In this document: positions 10,541 through 24,243 of the stretch, piece after piece | How the letters are laid out: each line of letters opens with the position of its first letter | Position numbering within the stretch: the stretch's first letter is position 1 | Assembly: GCA_002104905.1 (NCBI GenBank) | Contig: MCFE01000256.1 | Span: 1 to 64,000 of the forward strand | DNA from: Basidiobolus meristosporus CBS 931.73 | Taxonomy: Eukaryota > Fungi > Basidiobolomycota | DNA length: 64,000 nt | Direction of reading: 5' to 3' | Notes under the pieces: generated by a model | Seen by the model: only the letters and a program-made list of their open reading frames with translations | Told to the model about the DNA's origin: nothing | Databases searched by the model: none | Made by a program: the position numbers and the translations under genes

Positions 10541-13500
10541 TGTTACAAGTCTTGGTATAAGAGTTGTAGAGGAATATGGAGTTTAGGTAGTATTGTATTC
10601 ACTAAAACTTGAACTGATTTTTGTTGAGGTTCCAGCAGCTCCTTATATACATTATGCCAGATCAATTGCTGACTAATTGTATTTCCTAATGTAGGTGGTG
10701 GCTGATGACCCATTTGATTGCATCATCATCACCCAATAAGATCCTACTTAATATATCTATTTCTGTCTGATAAGGATCTGCTGATTCATTTGCTGACTAA
10801 TGCTACTGATTTGATAGATAATACTGATATACTGATAACCTAAACATATACTAATTGATTTGACTAAACACTGATCTAACTTAAACATTCAAGCGGCAGA
10901 TCATAACATTCTCCCCTACTAAAGTTGAGAGGGTTCTCCTGAATCTCTTTTCTTGTGATACCAATATCTTGATGGTTGAGTATTATCAGCAAGTCTTGCA
11001 AGCTTGAGTCTGTCCCTATGCACTAAGTCTTGCCGGATATTGCCTTGTTTGTCCACCAGTTGGTAAGTTGCAAATGGACATTCTCTGATGATCTTGAATG
11101 GTCCTGTCCATTGTGGCTCAAACTTCTTCTGAGTGTTGCTTCTTAGCAATACAAAGTTCCCAACTGTCAATGCTTCTGGTGCTATAGTCTTATCAAATCT
11201 CTGCTTCATCTTTTCTGCACTTTGAGATACTTTGGTCTGTGTCTTGACGTCTTTGTTCCAGTTGCTGGTGTCTACTTGGCTGACTGAGTTCATCTTCTAA
11301 GGTGTCTGTAAGCTTTGGTTGTGTGAGATCTCCTGGAATCCTTGGTTCACATCCATACACTAAGTAAAATGGTGATTGCTGGGTGGTGTTGTGTACTCTG
11401 ACTCTGCATGCAAAGAGTGCTTGGTCTATATACTCATCCCATCTACTGACAACTCCATTTGCATACTTGGTGAGCATTTTTCCAAATAATCCATTAAACC
11501 GCTCAGTGACTCCATTAGTTCTGGGGTGATATGCCAAGGTTTTCAAGTGTCTGATCTGCTGCATTTCCAGGTTAGCCTCTAATGTCTTTGCCATAAAGCT
11601 TGCTCCTCCATCAGATAAGATCTCCACAGGGCATCCAAACTTCATCAGGATCTTATGGTAAATGAAACTTGCAACTTCTTGTTCACTGGCTATTGGTACA
11701 GCTTTAGCAACTGACCATTTAGTGGCATGGTCAATTGCTACTAGGATCCAACAGTTGCATATCCTGGTAGTTGGCAGTCTTCCAATAAAGTCAATTCCCA
11801 TCTCTCAAATGGTCTTACAGGCTCCAAAGGGAAGAGTTTGGCAATTCTTTGTGGCTGGCCTTGATTGATTTGGCAGTTTGGGCATGTTTCCACTAGCTTC
11901 TCAATATCTTGTTTCATTCTGGGCCACCATGCTCTGGCTTTCACAAGGCTGTAGCTTCCTTCAATCCCAAGATGTCCATATTCATTGTGTAGCTTGTGTA
12001 TTAAATCCAGGCAAGAAACATAAGGGCAATAGGCAATAGGGCTTCCATCAACAATTTGGTAGAGTGTTTCATCCTGTACTACAAATTTGCTGGCTTCATC
12101 ATGGATTATCTTCTTGATATCTTCATCCACCTCATTAGGAATGGCTTGGTCCTTCAAGTACTTTGGTGATAGGCTAGGCCAATCTGGTTCATGCACCAAG
12201 TTGAGTTGAGCAACTTGATCTAATCTTGATAAGGCATCAGCAACCATGTTGTTTTTTCCAGGGCAGTAGACAATCTCCAGGTCAAATTGCTGAATGTATT
12301 CACCCCATCTTGTCATTCTTCTAGAGAGTACCTTCTGAGTAAATATATACTTGAGGGAGGCATGATCAGTCTTCACAGTGCATTTGACTGCTTCAATATA
12401 GCATCTCCATGTCTTCAAACAGTGTATTATAGCAAGCATCTCCTTCTCATGGACTGGATAGTTTTGTTCTGCTGAGTTCAGTTTCTTGGATTCAAGGGCA
12501 ACAGGCTAGTCCTTTCCCTTGTGTTCTTGGCTCAGCACTCCACCAATTGCATAATCTGAAGCATCTGTGCACAGAGTGAACTTTTTTCTGAAGCCTGGTA
12601 TTCTTAAGCTTGGCAGCTAAGCAAGCTCATTCTTGAGCATCTGGAAGGCAGTCTCATAAGCTATGTCCCACTTGTAGGTATTGTCTTTCTTGAGGATATC
12701 AGTTAAAGGGGCTGGGATACTTGCAAACAACTTGACAAATCTCCAATAATAGGAAACCATTCCAAGGAATGATCTGAGCTCTGATATGCTATGGGGCTGT
12801 TTCAGATTCTTGATTACTTCCACCTTCTTGGAGTCTAAGGTTACTCCTGTGTTAGTCACTATGTGTCCCAGATATTCAACATGTTCCTTGGAGAATTCAC
12901 ACTTGGGTAGCTTGCCATAAAGCTTGTTCTCTCTTAGCTTCTTCAAGACCTTTTCAATGTGCACCAAGTGATCCTCTTCTGTCTTGCTGTATATCAATAT
13001 GTCATCCAGGTAGATTATCACAAACTTGTCTAAGTACTCCTGAAAGACAGTCTGCATCAGTGTCATGAATGTTGCAGGGGCACTAGTGAGGCCAAAACTC
13101 ATGACTAAGAACTTGTAATGTCCATATCTGGTCCTGAATGCTGTCTTAGGGATATCTTCTGGTTTCACCCTAATCTGGTTGTATCCTGACATGAGGTCAA
13201 TCTTGCTGAAAATAGTGGCTCCATTAAGTTGGTCCAAAGGCTCATCAATCCAAGGTATGGGGTACTTATTCTTGACGGTAACTGAGTTCAGGGCTCTGCA
13301 GTCAATGCACATCCTAAGTGTTCCATCCTTCTTTTTCACAAAAAGCACTGGTGCTCCCCAGGGTGACTTGCTGGGCCTGATGTATCCTTGCTCCAATAGC
13401 TGATTGATTTGTCTCTTCATTTCCTCCAATTCCAATAGACTCATTCTGTATGGTGTCTTGCTCACTGGAGGGCTATCTCCTCTGTCAATGGCATGATCCA

Positions 13501-15445
13501 CGTCTCTAACTGGTGGTAGCCCTACAAGCTCATCTGGAAACACGTCTGAATACTTCTTCAAGAGAGTCTGGACCTGCTGGGGTGCTGAGGTAGAGGAATC
13601 CCCCTGTAATACCGCCATGAGGAACATCTGAGTACCTTTTCTAAGTGTGCTACAGAACTGGGTCTTGCTAAGTTCACTTGTCTAACACATACTGGAATTG
13701 ACCAAGTTGAAATCCAGCCTGGTAGGCAATAGCTCATAAGTCTTGTTGTCCTGTTGGATCTGAGTAGCATGGGTTCTCCAGTTGATATATGGATTACAAC
13801 GAAATAGCCAGGTTTTTCCAAGTACAAGGTCAAACTTGCAGTTCCCAAATATATAAGCCTGTAGGTCTTCTTCATACTCATTGATCTTCATTCTTACTGG
13901 CTGGGTAATACAGTTGATTATGTGAGAGCTCCCATCAGCTGTGGAGACTGAAGTTGATTTGGTAGGTTCCAGGTTGATTCCAGCTTTCAAGGCAAATTGC
14001 TCTGACATTTACTCTTGCAATGCTCCTGAGTCAATCATGATCTTGGCAGGTACTCCATTGATTACTCCATTCAAGTATAATAGCTTTCCTGAGTTTGAGG
14101 TCATCTGGGATAGGTATTCTTCTGTCATGTGGAACGTGAGTTCTGAGTTTTCTTCAAGCTCATCTTCAACATTACTGTGTTCATGGGACTCAATATGGTT
14201 GAAGGTTCTTGTTGGCTGGTGTTCATTTCTTCTCTGAGGGCAGTACTTTGCAATATGTCCATGCTGGTGGCAGTTGAAACAAAGTCCTTTCTTCTTACAT
14301 TCTTCTGAGGTAGGATTCTTCAGCATAGCATCTATTTCCATTGGTACTGCTTCTGACTGTCTTCTTTCATAATGATTGTAGCTTTTCTGATTAGTCACTG
14401 CAGGCTTCCCAACTCCAAACATAGCTGAGTCATAGTCAATGGCAATCTTGATGGCTTCTTCAATAGTCTGAGGTCTTTGGTAATTCACTTCCTTGCAAGT
14501 TCTTTCTTTTAACCCATCAATAAAGTATTCAACTTGATCCAGGTGGTTCATTCTTTCAATTTGTTCAAGTGGACATCTGTACTCATAGATGTATTCTTGA
14601 ACCATTCCTTTCTGTCTGAGTGTCTTTAACTTCCTTCTTAGTAGTGTCTGCTGGTGTGGAGGTTCAAAAGCATCCTGAATTTCCAACACAAACTCATCCC
14701 AGGTAGAGATTATAGAGCATCCCATCATTGAGGCTGACCTGATCTTGTTGTGGTACCACTGCAAAGCTGCATCTGCCAGGTAAGAAGCTGCATAATGCAA
14801 CTTGCTTTCTGGAGCAAGTCCTTTAGCTTTAAAAGCTTCTTCAATCTGAAAGAGCCAAGTTCCCAGGTTTTCATTGACTCTGCCATGGTACTGGTTGACC
14901 TTCACACTAAAGTTGCTCTTAAGAGGGCTTTGCTGGTTCTGAGCCATGGTAGTCATTCCTTGTTGCTGTTGGGCCAGGATTTGCTGCATGGCATTCTTCC
15001 ATTCTTGATTGTCCAACATCTTGAGGGTGGTTTCTTCTTTCTTCAGGAAGGCGGTTTCTGGTTATTGCTGCTACCAATGTTACAAGTCTTGGCATAAGAG
15101 TTGTAGAGGAATAGGTAGTTTAGCTAGTATTGTATTCACTAAAACTTGAACTGATTTTTATTGAGGTTCCAGCAGCTCCTTATATACATTTTGCCAGATC
15201 AATTGCTGACTAATTGTATTTCCTAGTGTAGGTTGTGGCTGATGACTCATTTGACTGCATCATCATCACCCAATAAGATCCTACTTAATATATCTATTTC
15301 TGTCTGATAAGGATCTGCTGATTCATTTGCTGACTAATGCTACTGATTTGATAGATAATACTGATATACTGATAACCTAAACATATACTAATTGATTTGA
15401 CTAAAAACCAATCTAACTTAAACATTCAAGCACCAGATCATAATA
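10541..15445 (-). mobile_element. Ty3/Gypsy LTR retrotransposon, full-length but frameshifted (copy A)
   Basis: 368-bp LTRs at 10541-10908 and 15078-15445 with about 16 mismatches by eye; 4-bp TSD GGAA (10537-10540, 15446-15449); PPT and tRNAiMet-type PBS present. Confidence 0.95.
10919..15019 (-). pseudogene. Ty3 gag-pol broken into at least six ORF fragments
   Basis: Track ORFs 14009..15019, 13682..14008, 12617..13627, 11741..12439, 11193..11801 and 10919..11293 are colinear with the intact 1377-aa ORF of copy B. Confidence 0.93.
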
Positions 15446-16918
15446 GGAAGGTGGAAATATAGGTGTTACTACAGGAGAGAGGCCTTGGGATATTGTTATG
15501 GCAGAAAAATGCCCTTAGACAAAGTATGAACCACTTTATCATACTCTTCACTGCAAAATGGGGTGCCAGGACATGCAAATAGATTATCATTCAGATGGCA
15601 CAATCTATGATAAATGATCAATAATTATTCCAAGAATTTAGGTGGAAGCAGTTGATAGAGTTGAAGACCTTAAAAGAAGCTCTACCAGAGTACTTTGAGA
15701 TTTTACTCCACTTGAAGAGTGGTATAGATATAAACCTGGTGTAGAGCTCTTAAGAATATTCAGTTGTACAACATGTGCAAAGATACTACCTGCAAATTAG
15801 TCAAAAGCTGTGCCAAAAAGTGTAAATTGTATGTCTTAAGGCTACAGCAATGAGTGTATGGCAAAGAGACCCTGTAATACCAAAGCTGAGAAGCAGTTCC
15901 AGTCTAGGGATGCGTTGTGAAACATATATTTGCACTATGTACAAAATGACATCATAAAACAACAAAAATCAGATTTCAAGCTCTCCAGCAATCAGGATTG
16001 AATTGGCCAAGATAATACAAGTTTCTCCCTCTAGAGGACCCTAATAGCATAGTTTGGCCAACATCAGTGTGCAGGAATATTTCAATAGTGAATATTGAAG
16101 TGTTGTAAGGAAGAAGATCCAGCCAGATCTAAAATAGCCCAAATACTGTATCAATGAGGGTACAGACTTAGCCCATGTGTATTCAGTCCATATTAATGAG
16201 CCTAAACTGTAAATGGGATATAAATAGCGCATAGGCAGAGCCTAGAAGATATGCAATGACTGAGATGTATCAAACTCTGATGGAAAATCATACTTGGTAC
16301 TTAGTCTGATTGCCAAACAACTATAAATTGTTTGGATGATGATGGGTCTTCTGGGCAAATCATAGGCTCATTGTACAAATGAAAGACACAAAGCAAGACT
16401 GGCAGCCAAAAGATATTGTCAATCAAAAGTTCTGGACTATACTTATACCTTTGCACCAGATGATAAGTCTAATCCCATCCAATTAATACTGGCTTTTACA
16501 GCCAAATATAAGGTTAGTATTCATCATGTGAATGTAAAAGTGTTACAAGTCTTGGTATAAGAGTTGTAGAGGAATAGGGAGTTTAGCTAGTATTGTATTC
16601 ACTAAAACTTGAACTGATTTTTATTGAGGTTCCAGCAGCTCCTTATATACATTTTGCCAGATCAATTGCTGACTAATTGTATTTCCTAATGTAGGTTGTG
16701 GCTGATGACTCATTTGATTGCATCATCATCACCCAATAAGATCCTACTTAATATATCTATTTCTGTCTGATAAGGATCTGCTGATTCATTTGCTGACTAA
16801 TGCTACTGATTTCATAGATAATACTGATGTACTGATAACCTAAACATATACTAACTGATTTGACTAAAAACTGATCTAACTTAAACATTCAAGCGGCAGA
16901 TCATAACATTCTCCCCTA

Positions 16919-19900
16919 CTAAAGTTGAGAGGGTTCTCCTGAATCTCTTTTCTTGTGATACCAATATCTTGATGGTTCAGTATTATCAGCAAGTCTTACA
17001 AGCTTGAGTCTGTCCCTATGCACTAAGTCTTCCCGGATATTGCCTTGTTTGTCCGCCAGTTGGTAAGTTGCAAATGGACATTCTCTGATGATCTTGAATG
17101 GTCCTGTCCATTGTGGCTCAAACTTCTTCTGAGTGTTGCTTCTTAGCAATACAAAGTTCCCAACTGTCAATGCTTCTGGTGCTATAGTCTTATCAAATCT
17201 CTGCTTCATCTTTTCTGCACTTTGAGATACTTTGGTCTGTGCCTCTTGACGTCTTTGTTCCAGTTGCTGGTGTCTACTTGGCTGACTGAGTTCATCTTCT
17301 AAGGTGTCTGTAAGCTTTGGTTGTGTGAGATCTCCTGGAATCCTTGGTTCACATCCATAAACTAAGTAAAATGGTGATTGCTGGGTGGTGTTGTGTACTC
17401 TGACACTGCATGCAAAGAGTGCTTGGTCTATATACTCATCCCATCTACTGACAACTCCATTTGCATACTTGGTCAGCATTTTTCCAAATAATCCATTAAA
17501 CCGCTCAGTGACTCCATTAGTTCTGGGGTGATATGCCGAGGTTTTCAAGTGTCTGATCTGCTGCATTTCCAGGTAAGCCTCTAATGTCTTTGCCATAAAG
17601 TTTGCACCTCTATCGGATAAGATCTCCACAGGGCATCCAAACTTCATCAGGATCTCATGGTAAATGAAACTTGCAACTTCTTGTTCACTGGCTATTGGTA
17701 CAGCTTTAGCAACTGGCCATTTAGTGGCATGGTCAATTGCTACTAGGATCCAACGGTTGCATTTCCTGGTAGTTGGCAGTCTTCCAATAAAGTCAATTCC
17801 CCATCTCTCAAATGGTCTTACAGGCTCCAAAGGGAAGAGTTCGGCAATTCTTTGTGGCTGGCCTTGATTGATTTGGCAGTTTGGGCATGTTTTAACTAGC
17901 TTCTCAATGTCTTGTTTCATTCTGGGCCACCATGCTCTGGCTTTTACAAGGCTATAGGTTCCTTCAATCCCAAGATGTCCATATCCATTGTGTAGCTTAT
18001 GTATTAAATCCAGGCGAGCAACATAAGGACAATAGGCAATAGGGCTTCCATCAACAATTCGGTAGAGTGTTTCATTCTGTACAACAAATTTGCTGGCCTC
18101 ATCACGGATTATCTTCTTGATATCTTCATCCACCTCATTAGGAATGGCTTGGTCCTCCAAGTACTTTGGTAATAGGCTAGGCCAATCTGATTCATGCACC
18201 AAGTTGAGTTGTGCAACTTGATCTAATCTTGATAAGGCATCAGCAACCGTGTTGTTTTTTCCAGGGCAGTAGACAATCTCTAGGTCAAATTGCTGAACGT
18301 ATTCACTCCATCTTGTCATTCTTCTAGAGAGTACCTTCTGAGTAAATATATACTTGAGGGAGGCATGATCAGTCTTCACAGTGCATTTGACTCCTTCAAT
18401 ATAGCATCTCCATGTCTTCAAACAGTGTATTATAGCAAGCATCTCCTTCTCATGAACTGGATAGTTTTGTTCTGCTGAGTTCAGTTTCTTGGATTCAAAG
18501 GCAACAGGGTAGTCCTTTCCCTCGTGTTCTTGGCTCAGCACTCCACCAATTGCATAATCTGAAGCATCTGTGCACAGAGTGAACTCTTTTCTGAAGTCTG
18601 GTATTCTTAAGCTTGGCAGCTTAGCAAGTTCATTCTTTAGTGTCTGGAAGGCAGTCTCACAAGCTATGTCCCACTTGTAGGTATTGTCTTTCTTGAGGAT
18701 ATCAGTTAAAGGGGCTGCAATACTTGCAAATGACTTGACAAATCTCCGATAATAGGAAACCATTCCAAGGAAGGATCTGAGTTCTGATATGCTATGGGGC
18801 TGCTTCAAATTCTTGATTACTTCCACCTTCTTGGGGTCTAAGGTTACTCCTGTGCTAGTCACTATGTGTCCCAGATATTCTACGTGTTCCTTGAAGAATT
18901 CACACTTGGCTAGCTTGCCGTATAGCTTGTTCTCTCTTAGTTTCTTCAAGACCTTTTCAATGTGCACCATGTGATCCTTTTCTGTCTTGCTGTATATCAA
19001 TATGTCATCCAGGTAGATTATCACAAACTTGTCTAAGTACTCCTGAAAGACAGTCTGCATCAGCGTCATGAATGTTGCAGGGGCATTAGTGAGGCCAAAA
19101 CTCATGACTAAGTACTTGTAATGTCCATATCTGGTCCTGAATGCTGTCTTAGGGATATCTTCTGGTTTCACCCTAATCTGGTTGTATCCTGACATGAGGT
19201 CAATCTTGCTGAAAATAGTGGCTCCATTAAGTTGGTCCAAAAGCTCATCAATCCGAGGTATGGGGTACTTATTCTTGACGGTAACTGAGTTCAGGGCTCT
19301 GTAGTCAATGCACATCCTAAGTGTTCCATCCTTCTTTTTCACAAAAAGCACTGCTGCTCCCCAAGGTGACTTGCTGGGCCTGATGTATCCTTGCTCCAAT
19401 AGCTGATCAATTTGTTTCTTCATTTCCTCCAATTCCAATGGACTCATTCTGTAAGGTGTCTTGCTCACTGGAGGGCTATCTCCTGTGTCAATGGCATGAT
19501 CCACGTCTCTGACTGGTGGTAGGCTTACAAGCTCATCTGGAAACACGTCTGAATATTTCTTCAAGAGAGTCTGGACCTGCTGGGGTGCTGGGATAGAGGA
19601 ATCCTCCTGTAATACCGCCATGAGGAACATCTGGGTACCTTTTCTAAGTGCTCTACAGAACTGGGTCTTGCTAAGTTCACTTGTCTCACACACACTGGAA
19701 TTGACCAAGTTGAAATCCAGCCTGGCAGGTAATAGCTCATAGGTCTTGTTGTCTTTTTGGATCTGAGTAGCATGGGTTCTCCAGTTGATTGATGGATTAC
19801 GACAAAATAGCCAGGTTTTCCCAAGTACAAGGTCAAACTTGCAGTTCCCAAATATATAAGCCTGTAGGTCTTCTTCATAGTCATTGATCTTCATTCTTAC

Positions 19901-21052
19901 TGGCTGGGTAATACGGTTGATTATGTGGGAGTTCCCATCTGCTGTGGAGACTGAAGTTGATTTGGTAGGTTCCGAGTTGATTCCAGCTTTCAAAGCAAAT
20001 TGCTCTGACATGTACTCATGCGATGCTCCTGAGTCAATCATGATCTTGGCAGGTACTCCATTGATTGCTCCATTCAGGTACAATAACTTCCCTGAGTTTG
20101 AAGTCATTTGGGACAAGTACTCTTCTGTCATATGGAAGGTGAGTTCCGAGTCTTCTTCAAGCTCATCTTCCTCATTATTGTGTTCATGGGATTCAATATG
20201 GTTGAAGGTTCTTGTTGGCTGGTGTCCATTTCTTCTCTGAGGGCAGTATTTTGCAATATGTCCCTGCTGGTGGCAATTGAAGCAAAGTCCTCTCTTCTTG
20301 CATTCTTCTGAGGAGGGATTCTTCTGCATAGCGTCTATTTCCATTGGTACTGCTTCTGATTGTCTTCTTTCATAATGATTATAGCCTTTCTGACTAGTCA
20401 CTGTAGGCTTCCCAACTCCAAACATAGCTGAGTCATAGTCAATGGCAATCTTGATGGCTTCTTCAATAGTCTGAGGTCTTTGGTAATTGACTTCCTTGCG
20501 AGTTCTTTCTTTCAACCCATCAATAAAGTATTCAACTTGATCCAAGGGGTCCATTCTTTCAATTTGTCCAAGTAGACATCTGTACTCATAGATGTATTCT
20601 TGCACCATTCCTTTCTGTCTGAGTGTCTTTAACTTCCTTCTTAGTAGTGTCTGCTGGTGTGGAGGTTCAAAAGCATCCTGAATTTCCGACACAAACTCAT
20701 CCCAGGTAGAGATTGTAGAGCATCCCATCATAGTAGCTGACCTGATCTTGTTGTGGTACCACTGTAAAGCTGCATCTGCCAGGTAAGAAGCTGCATAATG
20801 CAACTTGCTCTCTGGAGCAATTCCTTTAGCTTTAAAAGCTTCTTCAATCTGAAAGAGCCAAGTTCCCAGGTTTTCATTGACTCTGCCATGGTACCGGTTG
20901 ACCTTCACACTAAAGTTGCTCTTGATAGGGCTTTGCTGGCTCTGAGCCATGGTAGTCATTCCTTGTTGCTGTTGGCTGAGGATCTGGAGTAGCTGTTGCT
21001 GTTGGGCCAGGATTTGCTGCATGGCATTCTTCCATTCTTGATTGTCCGACAT
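16919..21052 (-). CDS. Ty3/Gypsy Gag-Pol polyprotein in a single frame, 1377 aa
   Basis: Retrotransposon gag, CCHC knuckle [14 protein letters not shown], protease [17 protein letters not shown], RNase [11 protein letters not shown], integrase HHCC + DDE + GPF motif. Order is PR-RT-RH-IN; no chromodomain evident. Confidence 0.97.
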   Translation of the reverse strand: MSDNQEWKNAMQQILAQQQQLLQILSQQQQGMTTMAQSQQSPIKSNFSVKVNRYHGRVNENLGTWLFQIEEAFKAKGIAPESKLHYAASYLADAALQWYHNKIRSATMMGCSTISTWDEFVSEIQDAFEPPHQQTLLRRKLKTLRQKGMVQEYIYEYRCLLGQIERMDPLDQVEYFIDGLKERTRKEVNYQRPQTIEEAIKIAIDYDSAMFGVGKPTVTSQKGYNHYERRQSEAVPMEIDAMQKNPSSEECKKRGLCFNCHQQGHIAKYCPQRRNGHQPTRTFNHIESHEHNNEEDELEEDSELTFHMTEEYLSQMTSNSGKLLYLNGAINGVPAKIMIDSGASHEYMSEQFALKAGINSEPTKSTSVSTADGNSHIINRITQPVRMKINDYEEDLQAYIFGNCKFDLVLGKTWLFCRNPSINWRTHATQIQKDNKTYELLPARLDFNLVNSSVCETSELSKTQFCRALRKGTQMFLMAVLQEDSSIPAPQQVQTLLKKYSDVFPDELVSLPPVRDVDHAIDTGDSPPVSKTPYRMSPLELEEMKKQIDQLLEQGYIRPSKSPWGAAVLFVKKKDGTLRMCIDYRALNSVTVKNKYPIPRIDELLDQLNGATIFSKIDLMSGYNQIRVKPEDIPKTAFRTRYGHYKYLVMSFGLTNAPATFMTLMQTVFQEYLDKFVIIYLDDILIYSKTEKDHMVHIEKVLKKLRENKLYGKLAKCEFFKEHVEYLGHIVTSTGVTLDPKKVEVIKNLKQPHSISELRSFLGMVSYYRRFVKSFASIAAPLTDILKKDNTYKWDIACETAFQTLKNELAKLPSLRIPDFRKEFTLCTDASDYAIGGVLSQEHEGKDYPVAFESKKLNSAEQNYPVHEKEMLAIIHCLKTWRCYIEGVKCTVKTDHASLKYIFTQKVLSRRMTRWSEYVQQFDLEIVYCPGKNNTVADALSRLDQVAQLNLVHESDWPSLLPKYLEDQAIPNEVDEDIKKIIRDEASKFVVQNETLYRIVDGSPIAYCPYVARLDLIHKLHNGYGHLGIEGTYSLVKARAWWPRMKQDIEKLVKTCPNCQINQGQPQRIAELFPLEPVRPFERWGIDFIGRLPTTRKCNRWILVAIDHATKWPVAKAVPIASEQEVASFIYHEILMKFGCPVEILSDRGANFMAKTLEAYLEMQQIRHLKTSAYHPRTNGVTERFNGLFGKMLTKYANGVVSRWDEYIDQALFACSVRVHNTTQQSPFYLVYGCEPRIPGDLTQPKLTDTLEDELSQPSRHQQLEQRRQEAQTKVSQSAEKMKQRFDKTIAPEALTVGNFVLLRSNTQKKFEPQWTGPFKIIRECPFATYQLADKQGNIREDLVHRDRLKLVRLADNTEPSRYWYHKKRDSGEPSQL

Positions 21053-21097
21053 CTTGAGGGTGTTTTCTTCTTTCTTCAGGAGGGAGGTTTCTGGTTA

Positions 21098-21109
21098 TCG
21101 CTGCTACCA
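21098..21109 (-). promoter_or_regulatory. PBS complementary to a tRNA 3' end, probably initiator Met
   Basis: Sense TGGTAGCAGCGA one base after the 5' LTR. It implies a tRNA ending UCGCUGCU-A-CCA, compatible with the A1:U72 initiator pair. Confidence 0.75.
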
Positions 21110-22860
21110 ATGTTACAAGTCTTGGTATAAGAGTTGTAGAGGAATAGGGAGTTTAGCTAGTATTGTATTCACTAAAACTTGAACTGATTTTTATTGAGGT
21201 TCCAGCAGCTCCTTATATACATTTTGCCAGATCAATTGCTGACTAATTGTATTTCCTAATGTAGGTTGTGGCTGATGACTCATTTGATTGCATCATCATC
21301 ACCCAATAAGATCCTACTTAATATATCTATTTCTGTCTGATAAGGATCTGCTGATTCATTTGCTGACTAATGCTACTGATTTCATAGATAATACTGATGT
21401 ACTGATAACCTAAACATATACTAACTGATTTGACTAAAAACTGATCTAACTTAAACATTCAAGCGGCAGATCATAACAAAAGCAGCATTTTTGCAAGTGA
21501 AACCTGATGAAAATCTGTACACAGACCTAATTGATGAGTTTGCTGACCAACATAACCTCCATTTGGTATGAGAGCAAAAGAAATGTCTATATGGTCTCAA
21601 ACAATTGCCAAGAGCCTGGAACTACCAGATAGGTTTTTATCTAGAATCTTTGAGCTTCCAAAGTGTTACTACTGGCAATAGTATCTATATATTAAGATAG
21701 AGCAAATCTGTTTTTGTAAGCTCTATATGTGGATGATATAAGGACAGCCCTCATTAGCCAAGAAATATTGAAAGAATCTAAGTCCAGCCTATCTAAGAGG
21801 TTCAAAGAGTCCAATCTACCTTATGAAAAATAATTGTGATCATGCTATCTAGAGGCCATTAAAAATTTGAATCCTAAGATTAAGAGGTATTGATGCAAAG
21901 GACACTGTATAACAACAATTCAAAGAATATTACACTTGGGATTTCACAAAAAAACTTGACCAAAACCTATCACCACAACAATGTAGAGTGGCCTTTGGTT
22001 AGCTTTCTGCCAATTCTCTCACTTTCTGAAACTGGACATTCTAATACCTCTTACATATTTTGTATACTGATTAGCTATTGCCTATTTTCACACTGCTTAC
22101 TTCCTGACTCAGCTAATGCTTTTACTTTTGATGCATACAAGTTGATTTATTTCTATCAAATCTTCAGTTGTAATTTGCTTGCCAATTATACAGGCCTATA
22201 TCAGTCTTTATACCTAACACTAATATCAAACCTAACCTCACACTTGGAAAGTAATTCCATTAAAGTCTACTATTGAATATGTATTTTGGCCATAAAGCCC
22301 TTTTGTACAACTCTGATGGGAACTCTATGACCTTGTGTCATTGTTTATTCACTGTTTCTCATACATCCTGGTCTTCAGCCAGCTCTGAAAGGTCTTCCAC
22401 CTCATCTGCTGGTTTTAACAGTAAATTCTTAGAGTATTCAAATACACTTTCTTGAGCTCTGCTGTTGAAGAAGTGCTGCAACCTTTTGATATGCTTATAA
22501 ATATTCCCAAATTCCACTGTAGGCATCCTGACAGTCCCTGATCTCTTATTGTATTTGCTTTGCCTAATTATCTAATCTTCACTCTGTTTAAAATGGCAAA
22601 TGTGGAGGCTGCAGTAGATATGTGCCTTTAGCTGCAAACTCATCCACCTCACTGGAGTGTAGATCAACTGGCCCTGCTACCAACTCTTGAGAAAACAGCC
22701 ATCATCTTGCTGCTAATTCTTATAAGCCATCATGAAGTTCAGCCCATTCTGCACTAAATGCCTTAATTAGTGAGAATAGCAGCTTTTTTCTTACACTTCA
22801 CTGTCTGGCATGGGTAGACTCTTTTCCCTATAGCTTTACCACTGCTAGGTCCTTTGCCAC

Positions 22861-24243
22861 TGTAGGGGGGTCACAGTGCCATCCATTGACAGTTGTGCTT
22901 GTTCCTATATTTTCTACTTCCCTATATCTCTGCTACTCTTATTCTAGTTTTATCCAATTTGTCTTACTTGATCAGTTCTATCCCATAAGCTGGCTGACTA
23001 TCACTCCTGCTTACCTCATTGCATAAGTTATCCTTCACTTTATGTAAAATTACTAGCTGTGAGTGCTTCTTTATTAGGCAGGTGACTGTGGCAGTACCCA
23101 TGACACTGTTGCAATTTAAGAAGTGATTTGGATATAAGGAACTTATCAAGAAATAGTGATAATAGTTGAACTGTTGTTTATTCACAAAGAAGCTCAGTAT
23201 TTATACCTTTGTAGAAGTAATACAGCTGCAACACTAAGTAGGGAGGGTTTCTCAATATTCAGGAGCATTCTGTAACAGTTTCAGGGTTAGTACATAATGT
23301 TTGGTAATAGTGCTAATTTGATCCTGACTATAGGGGAATAATCATAAGATCATATATCTGGAGAAAGTGGCAAAGTTAAGGCAGTAAATGAGTCCTACAG
23401 TGACTAAGACTAGCCTAGAATTGTTAAGTAAATTTTTAGCTGCTGAATGATACCAAATAGTCCAATATTTCAACAGACACATGGTCAACCCATGTTACAC
23501 ATGGTCAACCTGTGTCACCATTTCTATACCCTATATGGATACTCTATGTTACACAAGTTTCAGAGTACTGACTTCTGATTGGTTGGATGTGCTGTGCCTC
23601 TTAGCATGTTCTGGCACCTACTTAGAATACTCTTAGCTCACTCTGTAGTCATTAAGATTTCTAATGATCTCTAGAATCTTCCGGAACACCATGATAAGTA
23701 ATCAATGTTACTGATAGAAAGGATGATTTATTGCTGAGGGATTGAATTCCCTTAAATACTTTCCCTGATTGCCAAGTGATTACTAATGACAAGGTTCCAG
23801 AAAATTTCCGGCATCAGTGGAATATTTGATGACATCACTATGAGCTAAAACTACTCTAAGAAGGTCCTGGAAGGCTCTAAAAGGCACAGCACATCCAAAC
23901 AATCAGGGATCAGTAGTCTGAAACCTGTGCAACACAGAAATACCCTATATGTATTGTAATGGCAAAGATGGTGACACAGGCCTAGGTCATGTGTCATGGG
24001 TACTGATGCAGGTACCTGCCCAATGTAGATATACGTACTGATCATAAAGCTGAATAACATCTGTGATAACTAATGCTAATAACTAATCAGGGTAAACATC
24101 ATATGAGGATATTACTAATACCAAGGGCAAAAGGAGAATGGGAAAATACACCACTACATATTTGGCACCCAGTGAGCACACCACACACAAAACACTTGAG
24201 AAGTGTTGGATATGTCTCTCCCTTGGACTCATACACCACCACA
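22861..24243 (+). repeat. Rearranged LTR of the 1.07-kb Ty3 family (nested solo LTR, inverted segment, deletion)
   Basis: Starts TGTAGGGGGGTCACAGTG and ends ...CACCACCACA, matching the two ends of the 42758-43828 LTR in reverse. Segment 23708-24150 is LTR sequence in the opposite orientation. Confidence 0.7.
23107..23475. repeat. Solo LTR of a fourth family, probably Copia-type
   Basis: 369 bp, TGTTGCAA...TTTCAACA, perfect 5-bp TSD GACAC (23102-23106, 23476-23480). Confidence 0.85.

Larger units (their letters stand above)
16541..21478 (-). mobile_element. Intact Ty3/Gypsy LTR retrotransposon (copy B)
   Basis: 368-bp LTRs at 16541-16908 and 21111-21478 with no mismatch found by eye; 4-bp TSD AAAG (16537-16540, 21479-21482); PBS 21098-21109; PPT 16909-16917. 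Confidence 0.98.
10437..21870 (+). mobile_element. Old, internally deleted Copia unit split into three pieces (10437-10540, 15446-16540, 21479-~21870) by two Ty3 insertions
   Basis: Removing the Ty3 copies and one TSD each restores gag-like YVWKVEI*VLLQER and RT-like NVKAAFL. End coordinate is approximate. Confidence 0.75.

Noticed and set aside
10541-16541. The left LTRs of Ty3 copies A and B are exactly 6000 bp apart, suggesting a segmental duplication or assembly artefact
   Set aside because: The copies have different TSDs (GGAA versus AAAG), different host sites (gag versus RT) and different LTR divergence, so they are independent insertions and the round number is coincidence.
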